64,000 nucleotides of DNA from a bacterium (GCA_021786315.1 JAJYNN010000003.1:3360-67359), one strand, 5' to 3'. Counted from the stretch's first letter, positions 1 through 10,526 are shown. The notes: generated from the sequence alone by a model not told the origin. Numbers and translations are program-made.

Positions 1-769
1 ATATGGAGGTGCAAATAGTAACAACAGTTGCAATAATCAGCCTGGTAAGATAACGGATATTTGCTTTCAGGGGGATCTCTGTATTGATAACAGCTATCTC
101 TTTGGATATTCTCCCTAATACAGTTTCCAATCCTGTTGCCACCACCACAGCCCTGCCATTTCCTGCAACAATATGAGTTCCCTTAAAAACCATATTCTTT
201 TGCTCAGCTAGTTGTAGATCTGTAGAATTTATAGCATCCTCAAATTTATGAACTGGCAATGACTCCCCGGTTAATACAGATTCATCAATGGTCAGGTTAT
301 TAGAAAGAATAACCCTGGCGTCTGCGGGAATTTTGTCTCCCTCTTTAAGCACAATAATATCTCCTGGAGCTACTTCATAATCAGGAATAGTAGCTTCTTT
401 ACCATCTCTTATAACTATGGTGTTAGTTTCGGTAAACTTTTTTAATGCTTGAAGGGTATTTTGAGCTTTCCCTTCTTGGATTGTTCCCACCACAGCATTA
501 AAAAGCAGAACAAAGAGAATGATAAAGCCATCAGTAAATTCCTTCATCAGAAAGACAATCAAACTGGCAAGCATCAGGATATAGATTAAGGGACTTTGGA
601 ATTGGCGAAGGAAAATTTTAAATAAGCTGTCTAACTTAGCTTCTGGTAGTTTGTTTAATCCATATTTTTCGAGTCTGATTTTTGCTTCGCTGTCAGCTAA
701 ACCATTCTCTTGAGAATGAAGTCTTTCTAAGACCTCGCTTGTTTTCTGTGAATAATACGGTTGCTCCAT
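1..769 (-). CDS. P-type cation-transporting ATPase (N-terminal part; C-terminus runs off window start)
   Basis: Reverse-strand ORF starts ATG at 767-769 and is open to position 1. Translation MEQPYYSQKTSEVLERLHS...LPEAKLDS...TGESLPV matches the N-terminal cation-ATPase domain, TM1-2 and the actuator region (TGES motif) of Ca2+/Mg2+-type P-type ATPases. Not in the ORF track because it is partial. Confidence 0.8.
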   Translation of the reverse strand, partial: MEQPYYSQKTSEVLERLHSQENGLADSEAKIRLEKYGLNKLPEAKLDSLFKIFLRQFQSPLIYILMLASLIVFLMKEFTDGFIILFVLLFNAVVGTIQEGKAQNTLQALKKFTETNTIVIRDGKEATIPDYEVAPGDIIVLKEGDKIPADARVILSNNLTIDESVLTGESLPVHKFEDAINSTDLQLAEQKNMVFKGTHIVAGNGRAVVVATGLETVLGRISKEIAVINTEIPLKANIRYLTRLIIATVVTICTSI

Positions 770-932
770 AACAAGGGTATATTCAGTTTACCATGATTCT
801 ATCTTAGTTTGAGTTTGGGTAAAAAAGTTAAATAGATAAGTAAAGGTTAGATTTTTTTCCAGGCTAAACCCACGTATTAAATATTCTTTATCGACTCAAA
901 AGTTCTGAAAACGCCCACAAGTCCCGACTCTA

Positions 933-2018
933 TTACTTTCTTCTATTAAGGCGGTTGCTTGGAAGTTCCAGGGAAAATGTTGATCCATGACCCTCTCTAC
1001 TTTTTACCCACAATTTACCTTGATGATGCTCAACAATTTGCGAGGAGATATAGAGGCCAAGTCCTAAACCTTTAGCTTTCCCCTTTTCTGCACTTTTGGT
1101 TCGATAGTACTGGCTGAAAATAGTATGTTGCTCAGAAAAAGGAATGCCGATGCCAAAATCCTGAACTGATAAAACTACTCCCCCTTTTTGGTCGCTTGTT
1201 CTAACTTTTACCTTGCTATCCGGCGGAGAATACTTAAAGGCATTTGTCAAAAGGTTGACAACAACTTGGCCAATTCTATAACGGTCACCCATGATTATCT
1301 TTCTGGATCTATTAGACATAGTAATCTGCCTATCTTTTTGAATAATCTTCTGGTGGTCAACCACTTCCTTCACTAAATCACCAAAATTAAATGGTTCATC
1401 CTTATATTCAAATTTACCCACTTCGACTTTTGTTATATCCAAAAGATCATCAATTAGTTCCATCAGTTTTTCTGACTGGTATTCAATAATAGACGTATAT
1501 TCCCTTAATTTTGACAGGTGTGATTTTTTAGCAAGGTTGTCTATTAACTCTGAAAAACCCTTGATCGAGCTTAGAGGATTTTTTAACTCATGCGCTACCA
1601 GTCCAATAAACTGATTTTTTTGGGCTTCAGACTGGTATCTTGCCTCACTGATCATACTGATGATAAAACCTAAAACGATATAAATTACCGTAACGAGTTG
1701 ATCTCCAATGAGCGGGTGGATGGCAAGATCTGCCAACAACAGGACGTAGTAATTCAGAACAGCAGTTATGATTGTTGCCAATATCCCCGGGCCAAAACCA
1801 CCAAACCAAGCACTAACAGTCACAATAAACAGCAACAGCAGTAAATCTACGGTATCCGCACGAATAAACAGAAGGTAAGCAGGAGGAAAATATCTAATTA
1901 TTAGGAGGTCAAAGATAATAAGGACAATAGGCAATCCGTACCTATAAATCCTATTTCTTCTTTTATAGCAGGATATTCGGGACAGGCCAGACTTGATGCT
2001 AAACCATAGTTCTTCCAC
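933..2018 (-). CDS. sensor histidine kinase (membrane-anchored, HisKA + HATPase_c)
   Basis: N-terminal hydrophobic helices. H-box LVAHELKNPLSSIKGF. G-boxes GLGLGLYISSQIVEHHQGKLWVKSREGHGSTFSLELP. Confidence 0.88.
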   Translation of the reverse strand: MEELWFSIKSGLSRISCYKRRNRIYRYGLPIVLIIFDLLIIRYFPPAYLLFIRADTVDLLLLLFIVTVSAWFGGFGPGILATIITAVLNYYVLLLADLAIHPLIGDQLVTVIYIVLGFIISMISEARYQSEAQKNQFIGLVAHELKNPLSSIKGFSELIDNLAKKSHLSKLREYTSIIEYQSEKLMELIDDLLDITKVEVGKFEYKDEPFNFGDLVKEVVDHQKIIQKDRQITMSNRSRKIIMGDRYRIGQVVVNLLTNAFKYSPPDSKVKVRTSDQKGGVVLSVQDFGIGIPFSEQHTIFSQYYRTKSAEKGKAKGLGLGLYISSQIVEHHQGKLWVKSREGHGSTFSLELPSNRLNRRK

Positions 2019-2140
2019 CTAAAGCAGGATTAACATAAATAATTTATGCTGTCAATCCAGAAAGTAGAAAACGACAAGATTGCACTAGGGTTACCAGAAG
2101 TAAAAGTAGTCGTTACCTTAAATGACAAGGCAGACTAAAA

Positions 2141-2338
2141 TCATTTCTTCTTTAAAGTCGGCAGGCCGGTCCGGGGATTTTCCACAACCGTAAACCCCCC
2201 CGGTAACTCGTTTACCGCATCAGCTCCGGCAACTTTAGCAAAGTAATAAATCCTTTGCTGCCGTCCGCTTCGGAGCCTGACCTCTTTTGAGTGGAGATAA
2301 TAATCCACTCCTTTAGAATTGGTGTGTTTGTACGCCAT
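2141..2338 (-). CDS. small conserved hypothetical protein (65 aa)
   Basis: ORF MAYKHTNSKGVDYYLHSKEVRLRSGRQQRIYYFAKV... resembles small basic proteins seen in small-genome bacteria. No SD. Weak call. Confidence 0.4.
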   Translation of the reverse strand: MAYKHTNSKGVDYYLHSKEVRLRSGRQQRIYYFAKVAGADAVNELPGGFTVVENPRTGLPTLKKK

Positions 2339-2511
2339 ATCTAGGATATATCTTATAAATTCCTTTTAAGATAACAACAAAAACAAAGTAATAAATCTGC
2401 AAGAAAAATTACAGTTTCCAAGGTAAAAGTTCCCTATAATAACCCTGTAAATATTAATTTTCTGTAAGAGAGGGATTGTGTTTGAAAAAATCGGAGGTAT
2501 AATTTGAGTGT

Positions 2512-3183
2512 ATGGCAAAGACCATTTTAGTAGTCGAAGATGATGTTGGATTGAATAAATATCTTAAGGAATTACTTCTGGATAACGGCTACTCAGTACA
2601 AACCGCGACGGATGGAGTCCAGGCCTTAAACCAAATCCAGAAACTTCCACCCGACCTGGTACTTCTTGATTTAGCCCTTCCTAATATGAGCGGTGAAGCA
2701 GTCTGTATGGAAATCCGCAAAAAATATCCTGATCTGCGGGTAGTAATCCTGACAGCCAAAGACGGAGTAGCGGACATTATCCATGGTTTAGATTTAGGGG
2801 CTGATGATTATATGACTAAACCGTTTTTGGCCGACGAACTCATAGCTAGATTAAAAGCACGCTTAAGGTACCAGGATGGATCCGATACAAGTTTGAAGGT
2901 TGCAGACTTAGAATTGGACGGAAAAACATTTGAGGTGAAAAGGGGAGACAAAGCGCTTCAGTTGACTCCCCAGGAATTTAAACTCCTACAATACTTGATG
3001 AGCAATAAAGGAAGGATTTTAACCCGGGAAATGATCTTAAACCGTGTTTGGTTATACTCCCCAAATATCGAAACAAGGGTAGTTGACGTTTATATGGGAT
3101 ATCTCAGGAAAAAAGTAGATAACGGCTTCCCTAAAAAATTACTCCATTCGGTCCGGGGTTTTGGCTACATGATAAAAGACTAA
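2512..3183 (+). CDS. OmpR/PhoB-family response regulator (receiver + winged-helix)
   Basis: ILVVEDD...LDLALPNMSG...KDGVADIIHGLDLGADDYMTKPF receiver motifs (phospho-Asp, conserved Lys). C-terminal LTPQEFKLLQYL...GYLRKK winged helix. GGAGG RBS 13 nt upstream. Confidence 0.92.
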   Translation: MAKTILVVEDDVGLNKYLKELLLDNGYSVQTATDGVQALNQIQKLPPDLVLLDLALPNMSGEAVCMEIRKKYPDLRVVILTAKDGVADIIHGLDLGADDYMTKPFLADELIARLKARLRYQDGSDTSLKVADLELDGKTFEVKRGDKALQLTPQEFKLLQYLMSNKGRILTREMILNRVWLYSPNIETRVVDVYMGYLRKKVDNGFPKKLLHSVRGFGYMIKD

Positions 3184-3187
3184 ATTT

Positions 3188-4267
3188 TTACTGAGCCGTA
3201 CGGACAAGTTCCAGAACAGGATCAAGATCCAAGGGGCAAAGGTGATGTGCCGGACCATAAGTATAAGCAGACAGTAATCTCACAAAATAATGTTTTTCGC
3301 CTAAAATATAATTGCCATTCCCAATATGCCAATGGCCTTTGGGAATTCGCCAGTCATTTTTGATAAGGTAAGTAATATAAGCTTGAAGCGCAACCTCACT
3401 CCTGTATGTTGGGTCCCGTAACTCCTCCTCAGTAAAATGTACTCTGGGTTCTACCATCCCCTCTGCCTGGGCCTTGAGCATCAAGTCATTGACCTTCCCT
3501 CTGCTGGCAATCATCGACTCCCGTGTACCCTGATTCCATTTTATGTCCTGAGGCATTATATCCGGATAATCAGTTTTCACTTCATTTTCCAGAAACTTTT
3601 TGTGTAGATTAAAATCAGTCGTTCGGTTTTCCAGGGAATCAGATTGAACAGCTGCATCTTCCTGGGCTTTTGGGTTTGTTAAGGCAAAATCCACAAAAGT
3701 ATCCGGGTCAACGTTCAAGGCATTTCCCATTAAAGTCAGCGGCAGTTCTAACTCCAAACGATGGACATATTGAGGGTAGAGTCTAGGCAGAGCCATCCTG
3801 GCGTGAGCTGTAGCCATAAAGATAAAATCCCAGCTTCTTCTAAGCTCAACGGCATCATAAAAGGGGTGGTGCAAGGGATTTACAAAACCTCTTTCACCCA
3901 GATATTTCAAACCTAATCCTAAGGAGAAATAATGAGGCACTGCCTCTCTCCCTGTAGATTTTAATAAGTGCTCCTTAAACCGTTCATAAAATAAAGTTTC
4001 AGCCACCGCCTGGGCACAACGACCCCCTTTGTTAGTTCCCCTGTTTTCTCCGCCCCTTAAAACTGTCGTCACCTTATCCGGGCGGTTTAACATGTTACCT
4101 TCCACCCTTCTTTCGAAACGCTGGGCATCTCCTCCATTAAATAAATACTCCCGGCTTTCTCGATACGCCCTCATCTGTTCCTCATCAACCATAAACGGCA
4201 CCAGATGTTGCTGTTGTTCCATAAGCGACCAAAGCCGCATTTCCATACCATATTCAGGTGATGTCAT
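3188..4267 (-). CDS. hypothetical protein (359 aa), translationally coupled to the upstream GAF-histidine kinase
   Basis: Long ORF with no motif I can recognise. Its start overlaps the stop of the 4264-5430 kinase gene by 4 nt (ATGA). Confidence 0.6.
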   Translation of the reverse strand: MTSPEYGMEMRLWSLMEQQQHLVPFMVDEEQMRAYRESREYLFNGGDAQRFERRVEGNMLNRPDKVTTVLRGGENRGTNKGGRCAQAVAETLFYERFKEHLLKSTGREAVPHYFSLGLGLKYLGERGFVNPLHHPFYDAVELRRSWDFIFMATAHARMALPRLYPQYVHRLELELPLTLMGNALNVDPDTFVDFALTNPKAQEDAAVQSDSLENRTTDFNLHKKFLENEVKTDYPDIMPQDIKWNQGTRESMIASRGKVNDLMLKAQAEGMVEPRVHFTEEELRDPTYRSEVALQAYITYLIKNDWRIPKGHWHIGNGNYILGEKHYFVRLLSAYTYGPAHHLCPLDLDPVLELVRTAQ

Positions 4268-5430
4268 ATATTTGCCCTTGGCAGTTGTACCTCTACCAAT
4301 GTTCCTTTCCCGACCCTTGAATGCATATGAATTGAACCTCGGTGAGCATCCACAATATTTTTAGAGAGAAACAGCCCAAGCCCCATACCCTCGTTGATTG
4401 TATCCTTTTCTTTATAAAACCCCTCAAACACTTTTGGCAGATCTTTTGCCGGGATACCCTTTCCCTGATCTTTTACCTGGATAATGAAGTTCGGGGATTT
4501 AAATTTTAGACGTAATATTATTTTTTTATCAGCATTGGAAAACTTGGCAGCATTATCCAAAAGGTTTATCAGGACTTGTAATAACTTGTCAAAGTCACCG
4601 ATAACCGTATCGTCAAATTTACCGACTCCGTCTTCGAAAATTATCTCCCGTTGAGGAAAATTAAACCTAAAATTGTCCATTGCCCTACCAATAGCGTCCT
4701 TCAAGGCACATTCCTTAAAAACATACTGTAGCTGGCCTGCCTTTATCCTGTTTATCTCCAATAAATCTTTAGTCAGAAGAGTTAGCCTGTAGCTTTCCGC
4801 ATGCAGTGAACTGATCCATCTGGATTCAACACTATCCTCATCTTTTGTTCTCTCAAAAAGTAATTGTGAATAGCCATATATAGTAGTAATCGGAGTCCGT
4901 AACTCATGAGCCGCTAGAGAAATAAATAAGTCTCTATTCTCCAATGATTTTTTAGTCTCTTCATAAAGCTGGGCATTTCTAATTTTTAAGCTCGCAATAG
5001 CCCCGTATAGTTTAAGAACAGTTAAATCCTTAGCGGTCAATTGGCCTCTTCTATAAGACTCAATCACCATCACCCCTAGGGTTTTACCTCTAAAAGAAAG
5101 CGGGATAAAAAGGGCGCTCTCTATACCTAATTTGACGATATCAGGATAAATATGAGCAAAGTCCTCCTTATTTATAGCATAAGCCCGGTGCTGGTTAAAT
5201 GAAGTATAGACAAACCCATTTTTTCTTACCTTTTGTGGTAAAAATGCCAAAGGTGATGAGGTATATACAACATTTAGTTCCCCATCCTCCTCCAAAACAA
5301 CCCTTCCGGCATCCCCGCCCACCAGCTTCATCGCCTCATCCACAATAACTGCATAGGTCTCTTCAAGACCCGTGGGAACCATAAGTTTTAAAATTGCCTT
5401 ATAGATTCTCTCAAGCAAAGAATTATCCAT
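4264..5430 (-). CDS. cytoplasmic GAF-domain sensor histidine kinase
   Basis: N-terminal GAF-like region. H-box SLAAHELRTPITTIYGYSQLL. N/G boxes LLDNAAKFS...GMGLGLFLSKNIVDAHRGSIHMHSRVGKGTLVEVQLP. No TM segments. Confidence 0.85.
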   Translation of the reverse strand: MDNSLLERIYKAILKLMVPTGLEETYAVIVDEAMKLVGGDAGRVVLEEDGELNVVYTSSPLAFLPQKVRKNGFVYTSFNQHRAYAINKEDFAHIYPDIVKLGIESALFIPLSFRGKTLGVMVIESYRRGQLTAKDLTVLKLYGAIASLKIRNAQLYEETKKSLENRDLFISLAAHELRTPITTIYGYSQLLFERTKDEDSVESRWISSLHAESYRLTLLTKDLLEINRIKAGQLQYVFKECALKDAIGRAMDNFRFNFPQREIIFEDGVGKFDDTVIGDFDKLLQVLINLLDNAAKFSNADKKIILRLKFKSPNFIIQVKDQGKGIPAKDLPKVFEGFYKEKDTINEGMGLGLFLSKNIVDAHRGSIHMHSRVGKGTLVEVQLPRANI

Positions 5431-5519
5431 GGGAATTACGCTAATCTTACCAGAAAACTAAATTTTGGCAAGTTAATAGCCTCGTAAAGTGTGAATTCTT
5501 ACAATTTTAATACAAATTA

Positions 5520-6782
5520 TCAATCAACACGCTCAATAGAAGCCCCAAGAGAAGCCAGTTTCTCAACCACATCTTCATATCCTCTTTCAATAAGCTCTGC
5601 CCGGTTAATAATACTTTTACCGGAAGCTATGAGCGCTGCCAGCACCAATGCCATCCCCGCCCGGATATCCGGAGATTCCAGATTTCTACCATAAAGCTTT
5701 GACGGCCCGTAAATTAAAACGCGGTGAGGGTCAGCAATAGTAATATTTGCCCCCATGGCAATTAACTTATCAACAAAAAACATTCTCGACTCATAAACCC
5801 AATCATGCATTAGTGACATCCCTCTAGCTTGTGTTGCCAAAACAATCATAATGCTCATTAAATCTGTGGGGAAACCCGGCCAAACATTTGTCACAAGCCT
5901 TGGGATTGCTTTAATTTTCTTGGCTGAAACACTCACCGAATCACCATCAGTTTTCACAATGAGACCCATTTTTATTAAAGGCCAGACAGCGGGATCATGA
6001 TCAAAATTACAACAGTTCCCTATCTCCACCGATCCCCCGGTAATAGCTGCTGCCACCGCATAGGTGCCTAATTCTATGTAATCAGAACCTATAGAAAATT
6101 CCGTGCCTTTCAGTTTTTCAACTCCGTTAATTTTTATAGCAGATGTACCAACCCCTTCAATTTTTGCTCCCATTAAGTTCAACATTTTACAAAGATCAAC
6201 TACATGCGGCTCACAGGCCGCGTTCTTAATTACTACACAACCTTCACCTAACGCAGAAGCCAAAATTAAGTTTTCCGTGCCTGTCACTGTCGGCATTTCC
6301 AAAAATATCTTGCAGCTTGGATTATTTTCAGCCTTTTTTAGTACTTTATATCTGTGGTCGTTAACATTTACCTTGAGGCCCAAGGACTTAAATCCTTCAA
6401 GGTGTAAATCAATACCCCTTCTGCCGATAATATCCCCTCCCGGATGAAAAAACTCAGCCCTTCCGGTTCTCCCTAAAAGCGCTCCTGCCAAAAGTATTGA
6501 AGCCCGAAGCTTTCCGGCAAACTCCTCTGTTATAAGAGGTTTTTTTACTTCTTTACACCTTACCTTTACCGTATGGTCACCAACTTCAACTGAGGCTCCT
6601 AGGTTCTGCAAAATTTCCAGAAAAACACCTACATCCGCAATCCGGGGCACATTTTTTATAGTCACTTCTTCCGAGGTAAGTAAACAGGCAGCGAGGCAAG
6701 GTAAAATTGAGTTTTTATTGCCGGAAATTTTCACTTTTCCCGACAATTTATTACCGCCATCAATAATATACTTTGACACCAT
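5520..6782 (-). CDS. murA: UDP-N-acetylglucosamine 1-carboxyvinyltransferase MurA
   Basis: KISGNKNSILPCLAACLL...VPRIADV and full-length similarity to MurA. Start placed at MVSKYIIDGG (ATG 6780-6782), which aligns with the E. coli MurA N-terminus. The ORF is open to 6848 but that extension has no RBS. Confidence 0.9.
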   Translation of the reverse strand: MVSKYIIDGGNKLSGKVKISGNKNSILPCLAACLLTSEEVTIKNVPRIADVGVFLEILQNLGASVEVGDHTVKVRCKEVKKPLITEEFAGKLRASILLAGALLGRTGRAEFFHPGGDIIGRRGIDLHLEGFKSLGLKVNVNDHRYKVLKKAENNPSCKIFLEMPTVTGTENLILASALGEGCVVIKNAACEPHVVDLCKMLNLMGAKIEGVGTSAIKINGVEKLKGTEFSIGSDYIELGTYAVAAAITGGSVEIGNCCNFDHDPAVWPLIKMGLIVKTDGDSVSVSAKKIKAIPRLVTNVWPGFPTDLMSIMIVLATQARGMSLMHDWVYESRMFFVDKLIAMGANITIADPHRVLIYGPSKLYGRNLESPDIRAGMALVLAALIASGKSIINRAELIERGYEDVVEKLASLGASIERVD

Positions 6783-6899
6783 GAGATTATATACCAACAG
6801 AGGAACCAGATGAAGATCTATGGTTTTAGATTGGCGGGCATTAAACACCAGAATGACCGAAGGTCACTCCGGCCATACTGATCCGTCTGCTCGACTAAC

Positions 6900-7151
6900 T
6901 TAAACGCGTCTTACTGCCCTGGCTATAAGGAGCAAGAGCAACGCCCCCAACACCGCAACAATTAAAGAGGAAAGGTTAAATCCTGTAATACCTACCCCAA
7001 AGAGCAGGCTCGAAAGAAAACCTCCCACCAATGCCCCTAAAATTCCCAGGACAATGGCTCCTATTATGCCTCCGTATGCAGGTCTTGGGTCAACAACATT
7101 GGCGATGATGCCAACTATGAGTCCGAAGACTATCCATGCTAGGATATTCAT
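6900..7151 (-). CDS. GlsB/YeaQ/YmgE-family transglycosylase-associated membrane protein
   Basis: 83-aa protein MNILAWIVFGLIVGIIANVV...GGIIGAIVLGILGALVGGFL: typical glycine-zipper double-TM YeaQ/YmgE family. Confidence 0.8.
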   Translation of the reverse strand: MNILAWIVFGLIVGIIANVVDPRPAYGGIIGAIVLGILGALVGGFLSSLLFGVGITGFNLSSLIVAVLGALLLLLIARAVRRV

Positions 7152-7222
7152 ACTGAAGCTATCCTACTGCTTATCACTTAGAAAACAATATAAAAAATGT
7201 ATGAATCTTGTGAGAGGTGAAT

Positions 7223-8518
7223 CTAGAAAGCTGGGTATTTTCCTGCCACAGATTTTACTCTTTGCAAAGCCTTATCCTCACCCATAATTTCAATGCTTTC
7301 AAAAAGCGGAGGAGTAACTAATTGTCCGGAGACTGCCACCCTAATTAATTGAAACATATCCCCAACTTTAATTTGTAAATCTTCAGCCAATTTTCTAAAA
7401 GTTGCCTCAAACTCCTCTTTCTTCCAGGGCTTAGGTAAACCCTCTAAAGTTACATCAATCTTTTCCAATACTTCTTTCTGGTTAGGAACTTTAATTTTAT
7501 TAAATACCTCCATATCATATTCCGGCTCTTCCCAGATAAAATCAGTTAAAGGAATAAAATCAGAAAGCTTTTTAATCCTTTCTTTTACCAAGGGAACTAA
7601 AGGGGCAATTTTATCTTTGGCCGGGTGGTCAACTAAGTAACCCTCTAATCTTTTAGTCAATTCTTCATCAGACATTTTTCTAATATATTCCCCATTCATC
7701 CATTCCAGTTTAGTAATATCAAAAACAGCCGGTGTTGAATGGACATCATTTAATTCAAAGGTCTTTGCCATCTCCTCCAAACTCACTATCTCTACCTCAC
7801 CCGGCGGTGTCCAACCCAACAAAGCCATGTAGTTTAAAATTGCTTCGGGCAAAAAACCATCTTTTCTAAACTCAGACACACTCCTAGCGCCATGTCTTTT
7901 GGAAAGCTTGGAACGATCAGTCCCTAAAATCAATGGTAAATGGGCATATTGAGGAACTTCCCATCCGAATGCTTGAAATGTTAGGGTGTGCTTTGGGACT
8001 GAAGGCATCCACTCGTCTGCCCTGATTACCGGATTTGTTTCCATTAGATGATCATCTACAACGTGCGCCAGGTGATACGTAGGAAATCCATCCGACTTTA
8101 AAAGAACGAAGTCTTTTTCTTTACTCAAATCAAAAGTTACATGGCGATTGCCAATTAAATCAGTAAACTCAACTTTTCCCTCCTGCGGCATCTTAAACCA
8201 AATTGCCCCGTCTTTTTCGTATGCCGCCCCTTTTTCCACCAGCTCCTTGGCATATTTGCTGTACATATCTTTTCGCTCAGATTGCACAACCGGGCCTTCA
8301 AAGTTTAGACCTAACCATTTCATACTCTCGATAATATCCTCAGTTGCTTCTGGTACAAATCGGGTACGGTCTGTATCTTCTATTCTTAAATAGAACGCTC
8401 CGTTATTTTTCTTAGCCACCAAATAAGCGTAAAGGGCTGTCCGCACTCCACCAATGTGCATCAACCCAGTGGGAGAAGGAGCAAATCTTGTTACAACCTT
8501 TTTACCTGCCTGATCCAT
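7223..8518 (-). CDS. gltX: glutamyl-tRNA synthetase (class I)
   Basis: HIGH-type motif VVTRFAPSPTGLMHIGGVRTALYAYL and KMSKS motif KLSKRHG. Start placed at MDQAGKK (ATG 8516-8518). The longer ORF to 8692 would overlap the divergent neighbour. Confidence 0.9.
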   Translation of the reverse strand: MDQAGKKVVTRFAPSPTGLMHIGGVRTALYAYLVAKKNNGAFYLRIEDTDRTRFVPEATEDIIESMKWLGLNFEGPVVQSERKDMYSKYAKELVEKGAAYEKDGAIWFKMPQEGKVEFTDLIGNRHVTFDLSKEKDFVLLKSDGFPTYHLAHVVDDHLMETNPVIRADEWMPSVPKHTLTFQAFGWEVPQYAHLPLILGTDRSKLSKRHGARSVSEFRKDGFLPEAILNYMALLGWTPPGEVEIVSLEEMAKTFELNDVHSTPAVFDITKLEWMNGEYIRKMSDEELTKRLEGYLVDHPAKDKIAPLVPLVKERIKKLSDFIPLTDFIWEEPEYDMEVFNKIKVPNQKEVLEKIDVTLEGLPKPWKKEEFEATFRKLAEDLQIKVGDMFQLIRVAVSGQLVTPPLFESIEIMGEDKALQRVKSVAGKYPAF

Positions 8519-8603
8519 ATTGCAGATATTATAATTTTTGCCTCGCAAAAATTTCAAGCTCCGCTTATATGCAATCTTACTGTATAATGAAACTAATCTG
8601 CCT

Positions 8604-9605
8604 ATGTTAACACTCACCCAGGCTGCCAGCTTAACCAAAAAAGGAGTTATCGCTTTTATTGTCCTCACAGTATTAGGAGTTGGGGGAAGCATTGGCTATC
8701 AGGTTTGGCACCGCTATTATTTATCAACCTTGCCACCCGTCGTTGAAAAACCGGAAATGAAATTTGGCGAACTTCCCAAACCTGCCTTCCCGGATTCTAA
8801 TGTCTCTTCTTCTAATTACTCATACTCGCTCGACACCGCAACAGGGGGCTTACCTCAAACCCCAAAACTTCTAAAAGTGTACTTTCTTCCAAAATCAGGG
8901 GTAACACTCCTTGCTCCTGACAAATCCGCTAAACTTGCCGAGAGTTTAGGGTTTTCCTCAAATCCTGAAGTCGTCTCCCAAACCCAATTTAAGTTTGCTG
9001 ACGACAACGATGGTGAGTTAAATGTAGATTTAACAACCGGAAACTTTAATTTCCAAAAACAGATAGCCAGTGGTTCTGCCACTTTAAATACACTACCTGA
9101 CCAAACCCAAATAGTTGGCTCCTTTAAAAATTACCTTTCAGCCCGAGGGTTACTGCCTGATGAACTCAAAACAGGGAAAAGCAGTGTAACCTTTGATAAC
9201 AAGAACCCCACTGATTCCGATACTGCCGAGGTTACCTTATGGCCTACAAATGTTGATGACATGCCGATAGTCACCGCTGCGTTTAACAGAGGCTTAGTCA
9301 GAGGAACCATCACCAAAGTTGATGATGAAAATAATAAATTTATCCATATTTCCTATATTTATTGGCCGGTAGATAAGTCAACCTCGTCAACATATCCTTT
9401 GAAAACTCCCGAACAAGCCTTTGCCGACTTAAGAGCCGGGAATGGTTTTGTGAGTATAGAACCAATAAACCCCAAGGTTTCAATTTCTTCTGTTTATCTT
9501 GCTTATTATGAACAGGAGGACTATTCCCCTTACCTTCTGCCGGTATTTGTATTTGAAGGACCTGACTTTGCAGCTTTAGTCCCGGCAATTGCTACTCCCA
9601 AGTAA
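8604..9605 (+). CDS. hypothetical exported/membrane-anchored protein
   Basis: N-terminal TM/signal anchor (GVIAFIVLTVLGVGG), then a Ser/Thr-rich extracytoplasmic domain. TATAAT at 8584-8589. The ORF track starts at a TTG at 8538; ATG 8604 is preferred. Confidence 0.6.
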   Translation: MLTLTQAASLTKKGVIAFIVLTVLGVGGSIGYQVWHRYYLSTLPPVVEKPEMKFGELPKPAFPDSNVSSSNYSYSLDTATGGLPQTPKLLKVYFLPKSGVTLLAPDKSAKLAESLGFSSNPEVVSQTQFKFADDNDGELNVDLTTGNFNFQKQIASGSATLNTLPDQTQIVGSFKNYLSARGLLPDELKTGKSSVTFDNKNPTDSDTAEVTLWPTNVDDMPIVTAAFNRGLVRGTITKVDDENNKFIHISYIYWPVDKSTSSTYPLKTPEQAFADLRAGNGFVSIEPINPKVSISSVYLAYYEQEDYSPYLLPVFVFEGPDFAALVPAIATPK

Positions 9606-10500
9606 AGTTTATAAAAACCCAGTCAGTTAATTCCTTTGTTTCTTTAAAGCGGTCATCACTTCCTAAAACAACCGTTAAAATTTTATGGCCATTCCTTTCC
9701 AAAAGCCCAACTAAATTTTCCTTGGCCGCCGGGGTCGTCCCTGTTTTTATCCCCAATACTCCCGGATCATCCAGTAATTTATTGAGGTTCTTTAACGGAT
9801 GGATCATGCTTTTATCCAAGGATGAGACTTCCGTTTCTTTAGTCGAAACTACCCGGGCAAACTGATAATTGTTCATGGCAGTTTCGGCAATTTTTCCCAA
9901 ATCATTTGCCGAAGAAAAATGGTTTGGACTATCAAATCCTGCAGGGTTATCAAAGTGGGTATTAGACAACCCCAAACTTAAGGCTTTATTATTCATGGCA
10001 TCAATAAATCCAGAAATTCCGCCCGGATAGTTTTCCGCAATCGTGTATGCGGCATCATTACCTGAATTCAAAAGCATGCCATATAAAATTGCCCGGAAAC
10101 TAAGTTGCTCTCCTGTCTTAAGTCCCATCGAGGACCCGCCAGCTTGGGATAAGTCAAAAGCTGTCAGGACATCATTAGGTTTAAAGTAATCAAGAGCGAC
10201 CAGCGCAGTCATTATTTTAGTAGTGGAAGCAATAGGAACTCTTTTATCCGGATCTTTGACAAAAAGAAGCGTATCTGAATCTATATCTTTGGCAATAACA
10301 GCAGATGCTGTAAAGGTAGGAGCGAAAATTCCATGACCTTTAGGCATCAGAATTCTTTTTTCTACCCCAGCAATTTTTGGGGCTTCTGCAGTATTTTTCG
10401 CTGAAACCTGGGTTTGGATTAAATCCACAGCTTTTGGCAGACCAAGAAGCACATTTACAGAAATTAGCAGTGCCAAAACAGCATAAAGAATAGGTGTCAT
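9592..10500 (-). CDS. D-alanyl-D-alanine carboxypeptidase (peptidase S11, PBP5/6-like)
   Basis: Signal peptide. Active-site motifs SxxK (ASTTKIMT), SGN (LNSGNDAAY) and KTG (GIKTGTT). Confidence 0.85.
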   Translation of the reverse strand: MTPILYAVLALLISVNVLLGLPKAVDLIQTQVSAKNTAEAPKIAGVEKRILMPKGHGIFAPTFTASAVIAKDIDSDTLLFVKDPDKRVPIASTTKIMTALVALDYFKPNDVLTAFDLSQAGGSSMGLKTGEQLSFRAILYGMLLNSGNDAAYTIAENYPGGISGFIDAMNNKALSLGLSNTHFDNPAGFDSPNHFSSANDLGKIAETAMNNYQFARVVSTKETEVSSLDKSMIHPLKNLNKLLDDPGVLGIKTGTTPAAKENLVGLLERNGHKILTVVLGSDDRFKETKELTDWVFINFTWE

Positions 10501-10526
10501 TTTTTAAAAACCAACAAACGGAATTG

